Shown here: piece after piece, positions 1 to 14,430 of the stretch
Layout: each line of letters opens with the position of its first letter
Position numbering within the stretch: position 1 is the stretch's first letter
From: the human T2T-CHM13v2.0 reference genome, Homo sapiens
NCBI RefSeq assembly: GCF_009914755.1
Contig: NC_060940.1
Strand: one strand, 5' to 3'
DNA: 64,000 bases
Position numbers and translations under genes: made by a program
Notes under the pieces: model-generated
Seen by the model: the letters and a program-made list of their open reading frames with translations, nothing else
Database searches by the model: none
What the model was told of the DNA's origin: nothing

Positions 1-833
1 CAGAGCTGAGAATTTAACTCAAACGGATTTGTTCCAGAGCCCTGCTCTTAGGCTAACATTCTACATGAATGACTATTAGGTAGTGATAGTTTTAGTCTGT
101 TCAGGCTGCCATAAACTGTGTGGCTTAAAAACAATAGAAATTTATTGCTCACAAGTCTACAGGCTGAAAAGTCAAGGTCAAGGGGCTAGCAGATATGGTG
201 TTGGAAGAGGGCCTGCTTCCTGTTCATGTCTTTTCACTGTGTCCTCACATGGTGGAAGGGTGAGGGAGCTCTTCAGGGTCTCTTTCATAAGGCCACTAAT
301 GCTGCTTGTGAGGGTTCCACTCTCATGACCTGATCACCTTCCAGAGGCCCCATTTCCTAATACCATCATGTCGGAGCTTAAGATTTCAATATATGCATTT
401 TGGGAAACACAAACATTCAATCTATAGTATTCCACTCTTGTACCCCCCAAATTCATGGTCTTATCACATAAAAATACATTCATTACATCCCAACAGCCTC
501 CAAAGTCTTAACTTGTTCCAGCAACAACTCTAAAGTCTAAAATCCAAATGCTCACCTAAATATCATCTAAATCAAGTATGGATGAGACTCAAGGTATGAT
601 TTATTCTGAGGCAAATTGCCCTCCAGCTGTGAACCCATGAAGCCAATAAAGTTATGTGCTTCCAAAGTACAATAATGAGATGGGCATAAGCTAGACAATT
701 TCATCCCAAAAGGGAGAAATAGAAAAGAAGGAGTAACAGATCACATGGAGTTTGTCTTGTAGTCCAAATTACAATCATGTGGAAATTGTCTTGTAGTTTG
801 GACATGTGATCTTAAGGCTCAAGAATAATTCTC

Positions 834-870
834 CTTTTCTTAGCTTTTACTGTGAGGGCAAGAAAAAAAA
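834..870 (+). mobile_element. 37-nt poly(A)-tailed retroposed micro-insertion of unknown source
   Basis: Perfect 13-bp TSD aagaataattctc (821-833, 871-883); A-rich tail 860-870; interrupts the MaLR internal sequence. Confidence 0.75.
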
Positions 871-1716
871 AAGAATAATTCTCTTTGGCTTAATGCTTTG
901 ACCTGAAGGCCCACTGGGTTAGTGATGTCACCTCCCATGGCTCCATGGGAAGGTCCTACAGTGCCTCTGTCTGGGCCCTGCTCTGGTTGTGGCTGTCTCC
1001 TGGGCCCCTACTCCTGTAGTTTCTTAGGAAGAGGTCACTATTCTATGGCTTCAGGTGGCTGTGTCTTTTGAAACCTAGGTGGAGGCATCTATGCCCTCTG
1101 GCCTGTGCACTGTGTGCACCAGCACTATGCAGACACTGCCAAAGATTGAATTTGCTGCTTGTGCCCTCGGAGGGGCTGCCACTGTAGCTTGCACCACACT
1201 GTGGCCTGCTGAAGCTGCCCCTGGGACAACTGAGGAGCACAGCACCAGAGTATGGGCAGTGGTGCTCCTGATGTTAGGCAGTGCTGAGCCAGCATATGCC
1301 AGGGTCCTACAGGTGATGGCAGCCCCTCCTTTGAAACTACTGTGGCCCTTGAGCCCTCACACTCTGGGTCTATGATGGGAGTGGCAGCTCTGGTGGTCTC
1401 TGAATTGTCTTCAGAGTTATTTTCCTATTGTCTTGGAGAATTGTTTCTGGCTTTTATTGAGATGGCTAATCCAAATGAATCTCATTATCAACACTTGGCC
1501 ACATCCTTATCATTCTCATTTTTTGCAATATGGATAGACTGGAATATTTTTCATTCTTTTAGTTCTGATTCATTTTTGCATAATAATTTAGTCTAAGTGA
1601 TTTCTCTTTTCTCACTTTTTGCTATATATATATTCATGAGGAACCAAGCCATACCTTCAACACTTTGCTGAGAAATAGCTTCAGCTAAATACCTTCTACA
1701 AAATACTAGGACATAA

Positions 1717-2131
<415 letters not shown>

Positions 2132-3362
2132 TTTACTGTCTATTTCTATCAACATTCTGTTCATGATTACTTAGATATTCTTTTAAGAAGATTGAGGTTT
2201 TCTTCATAGGTCTCCTCTTTTCTTCCTAAGCTGTCATTGGAATATCCTTTAATGGTCTGTTCAAGGCAATGCAAGGCAATGTAGGCTTTTTCTAGCTTGC
2301 ACCTCCAAATTCTTCCAGCCTCTACCCATTACCCAGTTCCATAGTCACTTCCACATTTTAGGTATTTGTTACAGCAGCACCCCCACTTCTCAGCACCAAT
2401 TTCTCTCTTAATCAGTTCAGGCTGCTGTAACAAAATGTCATACAATGGCTGGCTTTTAAATAGCAGAATTTTATTTCTCATTGTTTTGGACACCATAAGT
2501 CCAAGGTGAGGGTGACGACATATTGAGTTCTGGTGAGGATTCTCTTCTGGATTGCAGACTTCTGACTTTTTGCCATTGTTCTCACATAGTGGAAAAGTGA
2601 GGTAGCTCTCTGGAATTTATTTTAGAAGGGCACTAATCCCATTCATAAGAGCGCCACTCTCATAAGTTAGTCACCCACGAAGGACCCACTTCCTAATACC
2701 ATCACACTGGAGTTAGAATTTCAACGTATAAATTTGGGGAGTGTGAGACACAAACATTCAGTCTATAGCAGTGAAAATACAGCTGAAAGGCAAATGGCAG
2801 ACAGCAGAACAAATTTTTGCTTAATTGATGGTGGTCATCATAAATTTGATACCAAAGAGTAAGTTAGAATAAAGAATTGAAAGAAAAAAAAAACAACCTT
2901 ATAATCAACACAGCTAGGGAGTACTTGGGTTTTTTAAAAAGTTGAAAGCTGTAAACATCTAGGTCCTTTCTTCAATGCCCCTGAAATACAGTTAAAATTA
3001 CAATAATGTTATTTTTTAAGTGTAGAAAAGCTCTCCAGAAAGTACTAAGTGGTATGGGAGAGTGGAGGGGGGCATTAAGGTAACTGCTCCAGGCATCAAT
3101 TTGCATTTGAGAAAGAGTCTTCCATAAGTAATTATCTTTTTAAGACTTCATTTCTGCTAGGTTTACATCATCTGTCTTGTGATGGGAAAAAGCCTCCAAG
3201 GTACAAAGATTGGATTTAGCCTGTCCTGCCATTTAGCTTGCCTTGGAGTCTCCATCTTTTAGCTAGCATTTCTATCCAAAGCCTATTAGTTATCAATATG
3301 AATCATATATAAATACACAGAAAAATGCCTGGGGCAGCGTATATGCCTGATATAAGTCTATC

Positions 3363-3661
3363 TTTTTTTTTCCCCCTTTGGAGATGGAGTCTTGCTCTGT
3401 TGGCCAGGCTGGAGTGCAGTGGCATTATCTTGGCTCACTGCAACCTCTGTCTCCTGGGTTCAAATGATTCTCCTGCCTCAGCCTCCTGAGTAGCTGAGAC
3501 TACAGGTGCACACCATCACACCTGGCTAATTTTTTGTATTTTAGTAGAGGCAGGGTTTCACCATGTTGTCCAAGCTGGTCTCGAACTCCTGAGCTCAGGC
3601 AATCTGCTCACCTCAGTGTCCCAAAGTGTTAGGATTACAGGCATGAGCCACCACTTCCGGC
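3363..3661 (-). mobile_element. AluS
   Basis: Full dimer; TSD aagtctatctttt. Confidence 0.93.
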
Positions 3662-5297
3662 AAGTCTATCTTTTATTTTAAATTTTAGGTAAAAACACCT
3701 ATTACTGAAAAATAAGAAATGTGAATTTTATGATAGTTTCACCTTCAACCCCTTAATGAAATTATATTCTTTCTACATTTCTTGATGATCTAAGTCATCC
3801 CTCCATTTTTAACGTCATGCTCAAGGCCTGCTTAATCATGGAAAACAACTCTGACAAATTCAGGCCCACATACAGTTTTCTCTCTGAACACTTTTAGTAT
3901 GATTGGCTAGGTTCCTTAACAATCAAATAGGCAAGTCTAAGGGAGGGAAAATAGTTTGAAAGCGTGGATGAATGTGAATATAAAGTAGACTTCTCAGGCT
4001 TAGTTCTTATCAAGGAATCAAGACAAATGTGTGCAAGGTTTTTAAAAAGACTACTTGGTTTGGTTACACATGTGTGGCTTGGAGGCAGGTTGGAGGCCAC
4101 AAAGACAGCACGTATAAAGATGGCCTCAGGAATTAAGCAGAGACGATGATAGGAATTCAAGCTGTAATTCAACTCAAAGACAGGAAAAGAACCAAAGGCT
4201 TCAGAAAATCAAGTGATGTAGGGAATGTGAAGGCAAGTTAGCGTGGATATACTTATGGGTTTTGTTGTTGTGTGGGGGGGGGGGTGTTCATTAATTCTTA
4301 TTAATTCTGTATTTTGAGATATCATGAGTCTTCAGTTTCTACTGTATTGCACAATAAGTAGAAAGTGTGATTCTAAATTGACAGGCTCCAAAACCAAACT
4401 CGACTCTTGTGTGACTTTGAGCAAATCACCTTACCTCTTCAATCTTGTCTTGTTACTTGCAATGAGAAAAATAATTATCCCACAGTTTTGCTACAAAAAC
4501 GCTGCCTTGGGCCTTCAAATGTTAAACTACTTCTCTTATATCTCCTTGTTTTTATGATGCCTGAGGTTCTTGGTGGAAGTGCATGTACTTAAGCAAAAAG
4601 TAAGTTAATTGTGCCATCATTTCACGTATTTCACATATGCGTTTCTTATCCCTAGGGGGCTTGCTAAAACTCCTAGGGTAAAAATTAAATGCTGTTCCTT
4701 TTTCTCCCCAATCTCAGGATTCTTTGTTCACCATGGATAATATATCTTTTCTGATGATGATTGACAAGAACAAATTCAATTGCACGCTTCATCCTTATGA
4801 GAGATGCTTGCCTCCAGTAGATTTCTGCATTCACTAACTGTCTGATCCCTTCTGTGAGTTGTGCTAAGGCTAAAATCTAAACAACTGTCCATTTTTCAAG
4901 TACTTGCCTTATTTTATTTCTGAGAGACAGAGGATATTTCTGGGAAGTGGGGATAAAGTAGAAACCTTTATTCTGGTACATTTTTGTCTCCTAAGTAACC
5001 ACTAAATCACAAGAACTGATCCAGATTCCTGTTCCTCCAAGACCCCTTTTATGCTTTTGGTTTGGCTTAGTGGCTTACTGAATGTTATGTCTCAACATCC
5101 TACCTATTACTTTCTTTTACCTTAGTTCCACCTTAGTCTTGATTGGGTTTACCTATTTAACCACTCAATTCACTAAAAGAAAGGTGATTTGAAAACCATG
5201 TGTTCTCTCCACCAAAACTCCCATTGTGAACAATGAGAAAAATAATAACCCTGGATTAGACCCTCCCAGTTCCAAATCCTATCTTGATGATATGTTG

Positions 5298-5859
5298 CAT
5301 ATCCCAGTTATTATTGTTCCAAATCTTAGTGGCTTAAAGCAGGTGTTTTATTTTGTCATGATTTTCAGAAATTCTTAAATTTTAAAGGGCCAGGCTGGAA
5401 AGTCCTCATTTGGGGTCTCTCATGTAGTTAGAGCTAGATGTTGCCTAGGGCTACAGTCATCCGACGGCTCAGCTGGGCTAGATGTCCAACCTAGGGCACT
5501 CACATGGCTGGCAGTTGATGTTGGCTGTTGGCTAGAAGCTCAGCAAGGGCTATTGACTGGAACACTTGCATGTGATTTCCCAAGGTACTTGGACTTCTTA
5601 CGTGGTACCTAGCTTTCCCCAGAGTGAGCATCCCAAAAGGGCAAAGCAGAAGCTGCATGGCCTTTTGTGACCTAGCCTTGGAAGTGAAATAGCACCACAT
5701 TCACTGCTTCTGCCATACTTAGTGGGTTACAGTACTCACAAGGTTACCCAGAATAAAGGGAAAGAGAGCCATAGACTTCACCACCAGGTCACATTGTAAA
5801 GGAGCATGTGGGATAAGAGATTTTGTTGCAATTATTTTTGCAAAATATAATTTGCTACA
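5298..5859 (-). mobile_element. MLT1G/H-like solo LTR inserted in a MIR
   Basis: Minus strand starts tgtagcaaattatattttgc...cccacatgctcc; MIR-like sequence on both sides. Confidence 0.75.
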
Positions 5860-7869
5860 TCATATGACTTTTATCAAGTTACTGATGCTCTTGGAGCCTC
5901 AGTTTCCATTCCTAAAATGGTGATAGCAGTGTTCAACTTGAAGGGAATTTTATGACAATTGGAAAAATAAGGAAATATTTGCCAAACTTTTTTCTCTTAA
6001 GAGTTTTATCTGTTACAGAATTATTTGGGATTCCAAAATCCAGTTTATCTGTGGACACTTTGGACCTTCCACGAATGCATGGCTCTGCAAAGATAATTTT
6101 AAGTTTATATCTGCATTTCATACAAGAAAGGGCCTTAAGATCTACTGTGATTGTAATCTATACAAATACTTCAGGAACATTCCCTAACACACTGTCATAT
6201 ACTATGTAGTTAGCCAGCCAAATTTATTTTTTTTTCAAGCAATGAGACCTAATATTAATTTTCTTACAAAGAAGTTGGCTTTGGGTTCCTACTGGTATAT
6301 GCCAGGCAATAGGTTATTATTGAAATAGGAAAGAAGCCCTGACTTCCATCCTGGTTCCAGAATAGAGCATTTATAGGGTAGGATCATGGTTGCCGGATGC
6401 ATTAACAGTGTTTAAGTCCATGCTGACCAATCCCAGGAATTACATAAGACTTAAAAATGAGCTCCGCACTCTCATTTCCACCCCAATCAGCAATTCACAA
6501 GACCAATTGTCTTCTTCAATTATAATTAAGAGGAAAGCAAACAGTACACATTTGCAATGATCTTTTATGTCATATTTATTTCCTTATAAATTATTAAATG
6601 ATTTATCATGCAAATTTAGTTAATGTACCTTCTAATTTGAAGGTGGAAAAGACCCAAATCACATTCCTTTATTGAAAGTAAAAGGTTATTTGCACATAGC
6701 ACTAACTTTACTATCAGTTGCTTGGTGGAAAGCTCAAAAATTGACATGAAATGAATGGCATATTAAATAACAATGCCAACTGTAATCGTGTGTGTGGGTG
6801 TGTATGCATGAACATTGTGTTATTGTCATAAAACTAACATGTCATGATTTTTTGGACTTTTAATAAGATAGGAAAGATCTCATCTTTTAGTTGGATTACA
6901 TGCCTTCTGGGATTACAAATCCCAAATGGAAAGCTTGGGAATGCTTTCTAGATATAAAATTGTTTTTGGTTAACTCAGATCATTTTTACAAATTGGGCTC
7001 TGTGCCATGGGATGCATCTTATCCTGACAATCTGAGTCCAGAGGCAGAAACAAGTCCTTAGACTGGCATATTTTATTCTCCCTAAAACAAAAAATCTTAA
7101 ATTTAAATCATTGAAAATGAATGTTTGGGAATATTTCCCTGCTGTTCAATTTCAAGACAGAAGGCAAATGCAGTTTGTGGAGAAAAAAGTGAAGAAGACA
7201 CTTAAAATTCTGCTTCTCTATGAATGATGTCTCTGGATCTTAAATGCATAAGGAAATGTTACATAATTAATATCTCTAATATATAATATTAGGGTAAAAT
7301 AATATATGTCATCCAAATTATCTTGTATGATGATATAGCAAGAATAGTAATGCAATTTTATGTTCTTTTTTTTATTAAGCCATACTTATTTGAGTGCTTT
7401 TTGTGCCAACTAGTGTGCTAGGTATTTTAATTGCATTATCTCATGTAATCTTTGGAATAATATAATAGTTATTAATTACAGCTGGAAATTTAGTAGGCTA
7501 AATTCTAAAACATAAATTCCAAAACAATAATAATTTAAATTTAGTTTTCTTTCTAAATTAGTGACATTTTGAACTTTATTAAATTGTTAGGCTTATCTTA
7601 AAATTGTATTTCCTTTCTGTGGAATCCCATCACTTAGAGAAACAGGCACCTTTAATTCTGAGCTGCCCATGCAAAGTTTTATTTGTTTGTTGACTTGATT
7701 GAAATTGTAAGCATGTGAAAGCCTTGACCAAAACTAGTCCTATGTGAACTGAGAGAAACATGGCATGCAAAGCTTTCCCAAAGAAGCATGATCAATTTCA
7801 GAGGCAATTGACACAATTGGGCTAGAAATTAGCCTGGAAAGATGGAGCAATACCAAAACAAAAATTATA

Positions 7870-8060
7870 ACTCTGAGCACTTGCTATATGCAGGCAACAT
7901 TAGATATTTTATTTCTAATTTTCATAAAACCCCTGAAAATTAGAAATTATTATTTCCATTACAGATGAAAAACATGGGCTCAGAGGGATTAGGTGCTTTC
8001 TTCAAAGTCACAGAGTTGGTAATAAATCTAATTAGCAGTATGTGCCTTCAAGGATCCTTT
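7870..8060 (-). mobile_element. MIR
   Basis: MIR core ccattacagatgaaaaacatgggctcagag...aaagtcacag. Confidence 0.7.
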
Positions 8061-8808
8061 ACTTTATTATCTCTTGTGTTTGCCCCTCTGCCCTTTCATT
8101 GATTATTAATGGAAGCATCTGCTTTTAACATAGAGTTGTCTGGTCTTAATATTTGACATAATTCAAAATGCTGAGATGGACTGAGAAAAATCAATGCAAT
8201 TGATTAAAACTCTGTTGATTGTGAAAATGGTAAAAAGAAAATCAAATGACATTGCAGTCAGTTCCATTAATGGAGGCAAAGATTCAGGAGAGATTAAAGT
8301 GGTAATTCGGAATTTGTATCATCAACACAGGTGCAATCTAGTCCTTATGTAACTTTATGCCTTGTATTATTAGATTGGCCATCTATTTTGATTGAATTAT
8401 ACCAAATAATTACCAGATTTTTTCTTCAGTCTGTGTTGCACAGACAGCTCAAGGGATAAGATTGAACTGGAAAAGCATTGAAGATAAATTATTGGCTATA
8501 GTTTTTTCCTGTCCATGAAGCAATCTGATTAACTGTGTAGATCCTTTTTACTTTTGTGATCACTGCTTTAGTCCCAGAGCAGATGCTGTAAATGCAACAC
8601 AAACACCTACAGAAGGTCTACAGTTAACAGACATGCCTGAAAACGTCAGTGTAATGCAAAGAGGTGTTAAGCTGCAGGCGCTGGAACTGAGTATTACAGC
8701 TGCCTGGTTGCATTGCCTTTTAAAACATGGCATGGCAAAGGATGCCATGCACCATCTTTTTTTTTTTTTTTTTTTTTTTAGCATCCTGAGTAATGTTGAC
8801 AAACAACG

Positions 8809-9266
8809 TGTCTTGATTTGGGTTTCCCTAGATGCTGACCTACGACAAGAAGTACAACTAGTATATGTGGAAGGTGATTCCAAGAGGCACCAGTAGGGGG
8901 AGGCAAAAGTGAGACAGGGAAGGGAAGGAAGAAAACATAGACTGTAATAATGAGACGGTTAGTGCTGCGAGCCCCTGGGATCAATTCCTCTACGAAGCTC
9001 TGGTGGGCTTTGCAGACTATCCCTCAGAGTTTTCCCACCCAAGATCTGAGGATGCTGAGATATTTCTCCACTAACTCCTGCTGTCAATCAATGAAGGCTG
9101 TATCTAGTCATATGATAGTAAACACCTGGCCAAGACTGCTTGGGTGACCAGAAAAATCTTTAGGCAGACAGTTGCATCTGTTTGCCATTAAATGCCATTG
9201 GTGAGTACAGAGCTCAGAAGTGAGAGCTCAGGACTTAAGAATGAAGCACTAATTATACTTGCTACA
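8809..9266 (-). mobile_element. LTR16-family (ERVL) solo LTR
   Basis: tgtcttgatttgggtttcc...gtgagacagggaagggaagg...gctaca resembles reverse-complemented LTR16. Confidence 0.65.
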
Positions 9267-12200
9267 CGAAGATAATGTTAGGCAATTCATTTCATTCCAT
9301 TTCATTTTCATTTTCTACACCTCAAACTTTACTAAACACCTACCTAGCTCCTCTGCCTGAAGAACTGGGTTGGGTGCTGGGACATGCAAAAATGAAGAAA
9401 CATTACCTGTGTATAAAGATTCCCAATTTTTAACAGTCCAGAATTCACCTAAAATGGTTGCTTATGGTTTCTCCAGGGTTCTGCCACATGGTCTGAATTC
9501 GTCTGAAGCAAGTAAGTGGTAGGTGGTGTTTCAGGTGCCATCAGCATGACAGATCGCTGATATTCCCTCTTGATTCAAGGATAAAGAGCTATGTGCCATT
9601 CCTTATATTCACTGCTACTGTTCCCACTGAATATCACATTACATTCTATCATTCCCTTCTTTTTCTTTTCTTCTTTTTTTTGAAGTGCACTCAGGAAAAT
9701 ATTTTCTCTTTAACTCTAAACTCCTATGCAATTATTGCCCCCTTGTTGACATTTCATGGTTACATCCATATACCCAAAAGAATAGTTACAAAAATATAAT
9801 GTGAAAAAAGAGAAACATCATCATTTTAATTGGTGAGAATTAATCAAAGCATAAAACCACTACATATTAACCTCAATGAACTATTTCAGACTCTCACCTC
9901 CAAAGTTGATATAAAGGTAAGCTGAGCACTCCTGTGAGGGCTATTCATATCCATTAATTGTTACAATACAAGATACATTGGGTCTCAGCTGGTTGCCATT
10001 TCTTCTGTATTTGAAATGTGCTTCTCAGCAGAGATAGATCGGAGGACACCATTGGGACTCATTTGAGTCTGACTTTCACATTAATTTTGCTGTGCAAGAC
10101 AAAGACAAAATCAATGTCCATCGGTGATTATTCAAGGCAAAATATCTAGTGATTGAATACCAATGGCAGCACCAGGCATAAAATTTACTTAAGGTTTGTT
10201 GAGTTGACAGCCATTTATTCCAGCCCTGCTTCATTTTCCTTGTTGTACTTATTTTTTGGGGAAATAAAACAATTACAAGGAAAAATAAATTCTACTTACT
10301 GACTCAATTTGCCAGAAACGGGATCTATTTCAAAATGGTAGAGAGGAATGAAAGAGGTAGAATTTTATAAACCTAGCTAAGAATAATATCTTTCCAATTG
10401 CCAGAAGGAAAATATTTTATAGTGCATATTGACACAAAACCACGTGGCTCAATTAAATTTTCATAATGAAGGCTCTTTGCGACTCACGGCTGAACTAGAA
10501 AAAAAGAAAATCCTGGAGCTATATCTTGTGTCCTGAGTAAATATTCTTAAAACGAACAGATGCTCATGGCAAAAGAGTACTAATACACCTGGTTTTAAAA
10601 GTTTCTTTGTTTCAACTGTTACTATGATAAAATTCAAGTATGCTCTCAATGATGTGTTTTAAAGAAATTGTAAGTAAAAAACTAAAGAGCAATAGCAAGA
10701 AAATGTTAAAACCGTCTTCATTTTATCATGCCTGAGGCTCCATGTAGCAGCATCTAACTTTTTCGTTAAATAACATTAGAAGAGGTGGGATGGAAGGAGA
10801 GTCTCCAATCAGTCAGTGGTTGGACCACAAGTATATTGACAGATATTCTCTCCCATCAAATTAAGTGAGGTGGTTGTGCTAGGTAGACTCACGCACCATT
10901 TTTGTTCTTTCCATTTGAATTACTGTCTACAGTGCAACGTTGTTGAGCAGAAAGGAAAGGAAAAAATATGTAAAGTGCTGGGCTTTTCTTTGTCTTTCTG
11001 ACAGCAATCAGTTTGGGTTGTCTATTTCTTCATTAACTATTTTGTCGCGGTGTAGTCACTCCTCATCATCATATACAAGAATGATTTTCCAAGGAAAATT
11101 ATTTTTTACTCTGCTGTGTTTTGTAATTTCACAAGAGAACTTTAGAATATAGCCCTGAGGGCTGTTCACTCCTTGTTTGTTCAGATGACTGCTTCCAGGA
11201 GGGCAAGGGCAATGTGCTGAATCAGGTAAAGCCTCATCCTTTCCACATTCCTTTCAAGAGTCCTAGATTTGACTTGATCTCTACATTGGATGAGGAAGGG
11301 CTAATGATGAAATAAAATGGATGATCCTACGGCCATGGAAGGACATCTGATGTTTGGGGACTCTGGCTTAACTCAAGATCAACCCATACATGTCTTATAT
11401 TGGATAATGTGGCCATTATCCCTCCAGAGCATAAGACACATGGGGCTATAGAACCTGGAGTAAGAATTCAGCACTGGATGATGGAAAGGGTCCAGATTGC
11501 CAGGCGGGTGTATGGTCCAGCCAATAGGCACAGGGAGGTGTAGGCATCATTTTTGGCTCAGTGGATGTTGAGATGAATGACGTCATTCTCTCTCCTCAAG
11601 TAATTCACAATATTGTTAGGGAAGCAGGGAGAGGCTAAAAAACTACAGTTTGGAATATGTGCTTTAATAAAGAGAAGAGAAATAAATTCTTAGCTTTCAC
11701 AAAGGAGATGAAACTGGGGAGGAATTTGAAGATATAGCAGGAAATGGTGGACTCATTTCCTATGGCTGCATTTAAGAACAGACCTCCAGCTTCTGTATCC
11801 TCCTGAGAGAAGATCAGTACCCAAGGACTAAAGTTGTTACCTAGAAAATTCCTCTCTTGGGTATGGGTAAGGGTTTAAAGATGTGAGATGAACAATCTAT
11901 ACCCTGATAAGAAGTTTTCTTTTACATGTGATCAACTCAATATATTTGCTTTGCAGTAAATATGTTCTTGCCCTCTATGCTTTATTGCCAATTAGGGCAT
12001 AGGCCAACTTTATTTTTACTATTTGATTTTCATGCTTGGCACGGTACCTGGAAAAGGGTAGGCTCCACAAACGTGTTCACTGCATAAATAAGAGGTGGGA
12101 GAAGGCAGCCTTTGTCTGGAAATTCACATCTCAGTTTCATTACCAATTATCCTCATAACCTTGCCAATTGACTTCAGCAGCATCAGTTTTCATTATGTGT

Positions 12201-12303
12201 AGAATGAGAGGTGGAACTATTTGTACATCAAGTGGGATCAATAAAAATATTTGGCATTAGTTTTGCCTGTTCTTGGAGTTCAATATAAATGGAATCTCAA
12301 TAT

Positions 12304-12467
12304 GTCTATTTTATATGGGACATATTAAACCCCCTTCATTCCCCCCCGCCACAATGTCTATTTCCTTTTTAGATTTGTCCTTATAAAATTTGAATAAATG
12401 AACTCCCTATTAAACAGGTGGACATTATTACTTTTCACTCAGAAGATATATTTTAAAAGAGAAACAT
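12304..12467 (+). repeat. 164-bp direct duplicate of unique sequence at 13253-13416
   Basis: Near-identical alignment (about half a dozen differences by eye); this copy interrupts the L1M relic. Confidence 0.95.
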
Positions 12468-12550
12468 ATGTAGTTCTTTGTTTCTGACTTCTCTGAAAAC
12501 AAAGTTTTTAAGATTTATTTGTGTTGCTGTGTGTATCAATAGTTTGCTAG

Positions 12551-12855
12551 TTTTTTTTTTTTTTTTTTTTCCGAGACAGAGTCTTGCTCTGTTGCCCAGG
12601 CTGGAGTGCAGTGGCGTGCTCTCGGCTCACTGCAAGCTCCGCTTCCCAGGTTCACACCATTCTCCTGCCTCAGCCTCCTGAGTAGCTGGGACTACAGGCG
12701 CCCACCACCACGCCCAGCTAATTTTTGTGTTTTTTTTAGTAGAGACAGGGTTTCGCCATGTTAGCCAGGGTGGTCTCGAACTCCTGACCTCGTGATCCGC
12801 CCGCCTCGGCCTCCCAAAGTGCTGGGATTACAGGTGTGAGCCACTGTGCCCGGCT
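12551..12855 (-). mobile_element. AluY/Sc
   Basis: Full dimer; TSD gtttgctagttttt. Confidence 0.95.
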
Positions 12856-12894
12856 GTTTGCTAGTTTTTAAAATTGCAGAATAGTGTTCCATTA

Positions 12895-13143
<249 letters not shown>

Positions 13144-14098
13144 CTATTAGGAGTATTAGGAGTAAAGCTATTCTGAATATTTTTGTACAAGTCTTTTAAA
13201 GTGTATCCTCCCTTACTCCTCACATACTTACTGTACGGCTCCTAATAATTGAGTCTATTTTATATGGGACATATTAAACCCCTCTCCATTCCCCCCCCCA
13301 CAATGTCTATTTCCTTTTTAGCTTTGTCCATATAAAATTTGAATAAATGAACTCCCTATTAAACAGGTGGACATTATTACTTTTCACTCAGAAGATATAT
13401 TTTAAAAGAGAAACATTGCAGGTGTTCAGCAAAGATAAGCTCTTTCCAGTGGTAGATTCCATCGAGTTCTCATCAGATAGCTCCATCTTCTTGTCACTGT
13501 TGCCAGTTATTGATGGTTCAGCATCCGACCTTCTTGGAAGTGCCAAAAGTAGGCTCCCTGGCTGGTGTCTGACAGTGACATGCAAATTGATGTTAAAGTT
13601 TCTGATACTAGAAACTCTTACAGTTTCTTTGTTAGGGTCTTACTATGGAATAGAAAAACTATGTCACAGAAAATGGCCTCTGTTCATGTACTTCTGGACC
13701 AGTCCAAGCATGAAATACAATTGCTCCTCCAATAGCTATCAAAGAAAGAGGGAACTGAAACGTAAACTATTGGCTAGAATTCAAATGGCTTTACAGTAGG
13801 CTGCTGTCTGAAATGCCGATGGGTAGAAGAGGGCAGATAATTGGGATTTAAAAATTAAGGTGTCTGAAAACCAGAATAATCGTTCTTGATTAACAATATT
13901 CCCTAGTTCTTGATATTTTTTTTTTCTTGAAGTAATTCTTTAATGTCTTCTACATAAGAAACTCATCCACATACTTGGCTGCAAAGAAGTTGATTGGAGC
14001 AAAGAGTAGAGTGGAAGTGCTAAGTGCTTTATGCATAGAAGTGTTTAGCACATAAATCAACATACCTCCCATACCACACACAGAAAATCATACATAAG

Positions 14099-14430
14099 CA
14101 GCGGTCCCCAACAGTTTTGGCACCAGGGACCGGTTTTGTGAAATGTTTCCACGGATGGGGCGGGGGTGGTGGGGATGGTTGCAGGATGAAACTGTTCCCC
14201 CTCAGATCATCAGGCATTAGATTCTTGTGAGGATTACACAACCTAGATCTCTTGCTTGTGCAGTTCACAATGGGGTTAGCACTACTATGAGAATCTAACG
14301 CAGCAGCTGATCTGACAGGAGTTCAGGTGGTAATGCTCTTTTGCCTTTTGCTCCCCTTCTGCTGTGTGGTCTGGTTCCTAACAGGCCACAGATTAGTACT
14401 GGTCTGCAGCCCGGGAATTGGGAACCCCTG
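14099..14430 (+). mobile_element. MER1B (hAT-Charlie MITE)
   Basis: Termini cagcggtccccaac / ttgggaacccctg; perfect 8-bp TSD tacataag (14091-14098, 14431-14438). Confidence 0.92.

Noticed and set aside
13347-13799. 150-aa plus ORF and overlapping 65-aa minus ORF
   Set aside because: No homology I recognise and no convincing splice signals; the plus ORF simply starts inside the duplicated segment.
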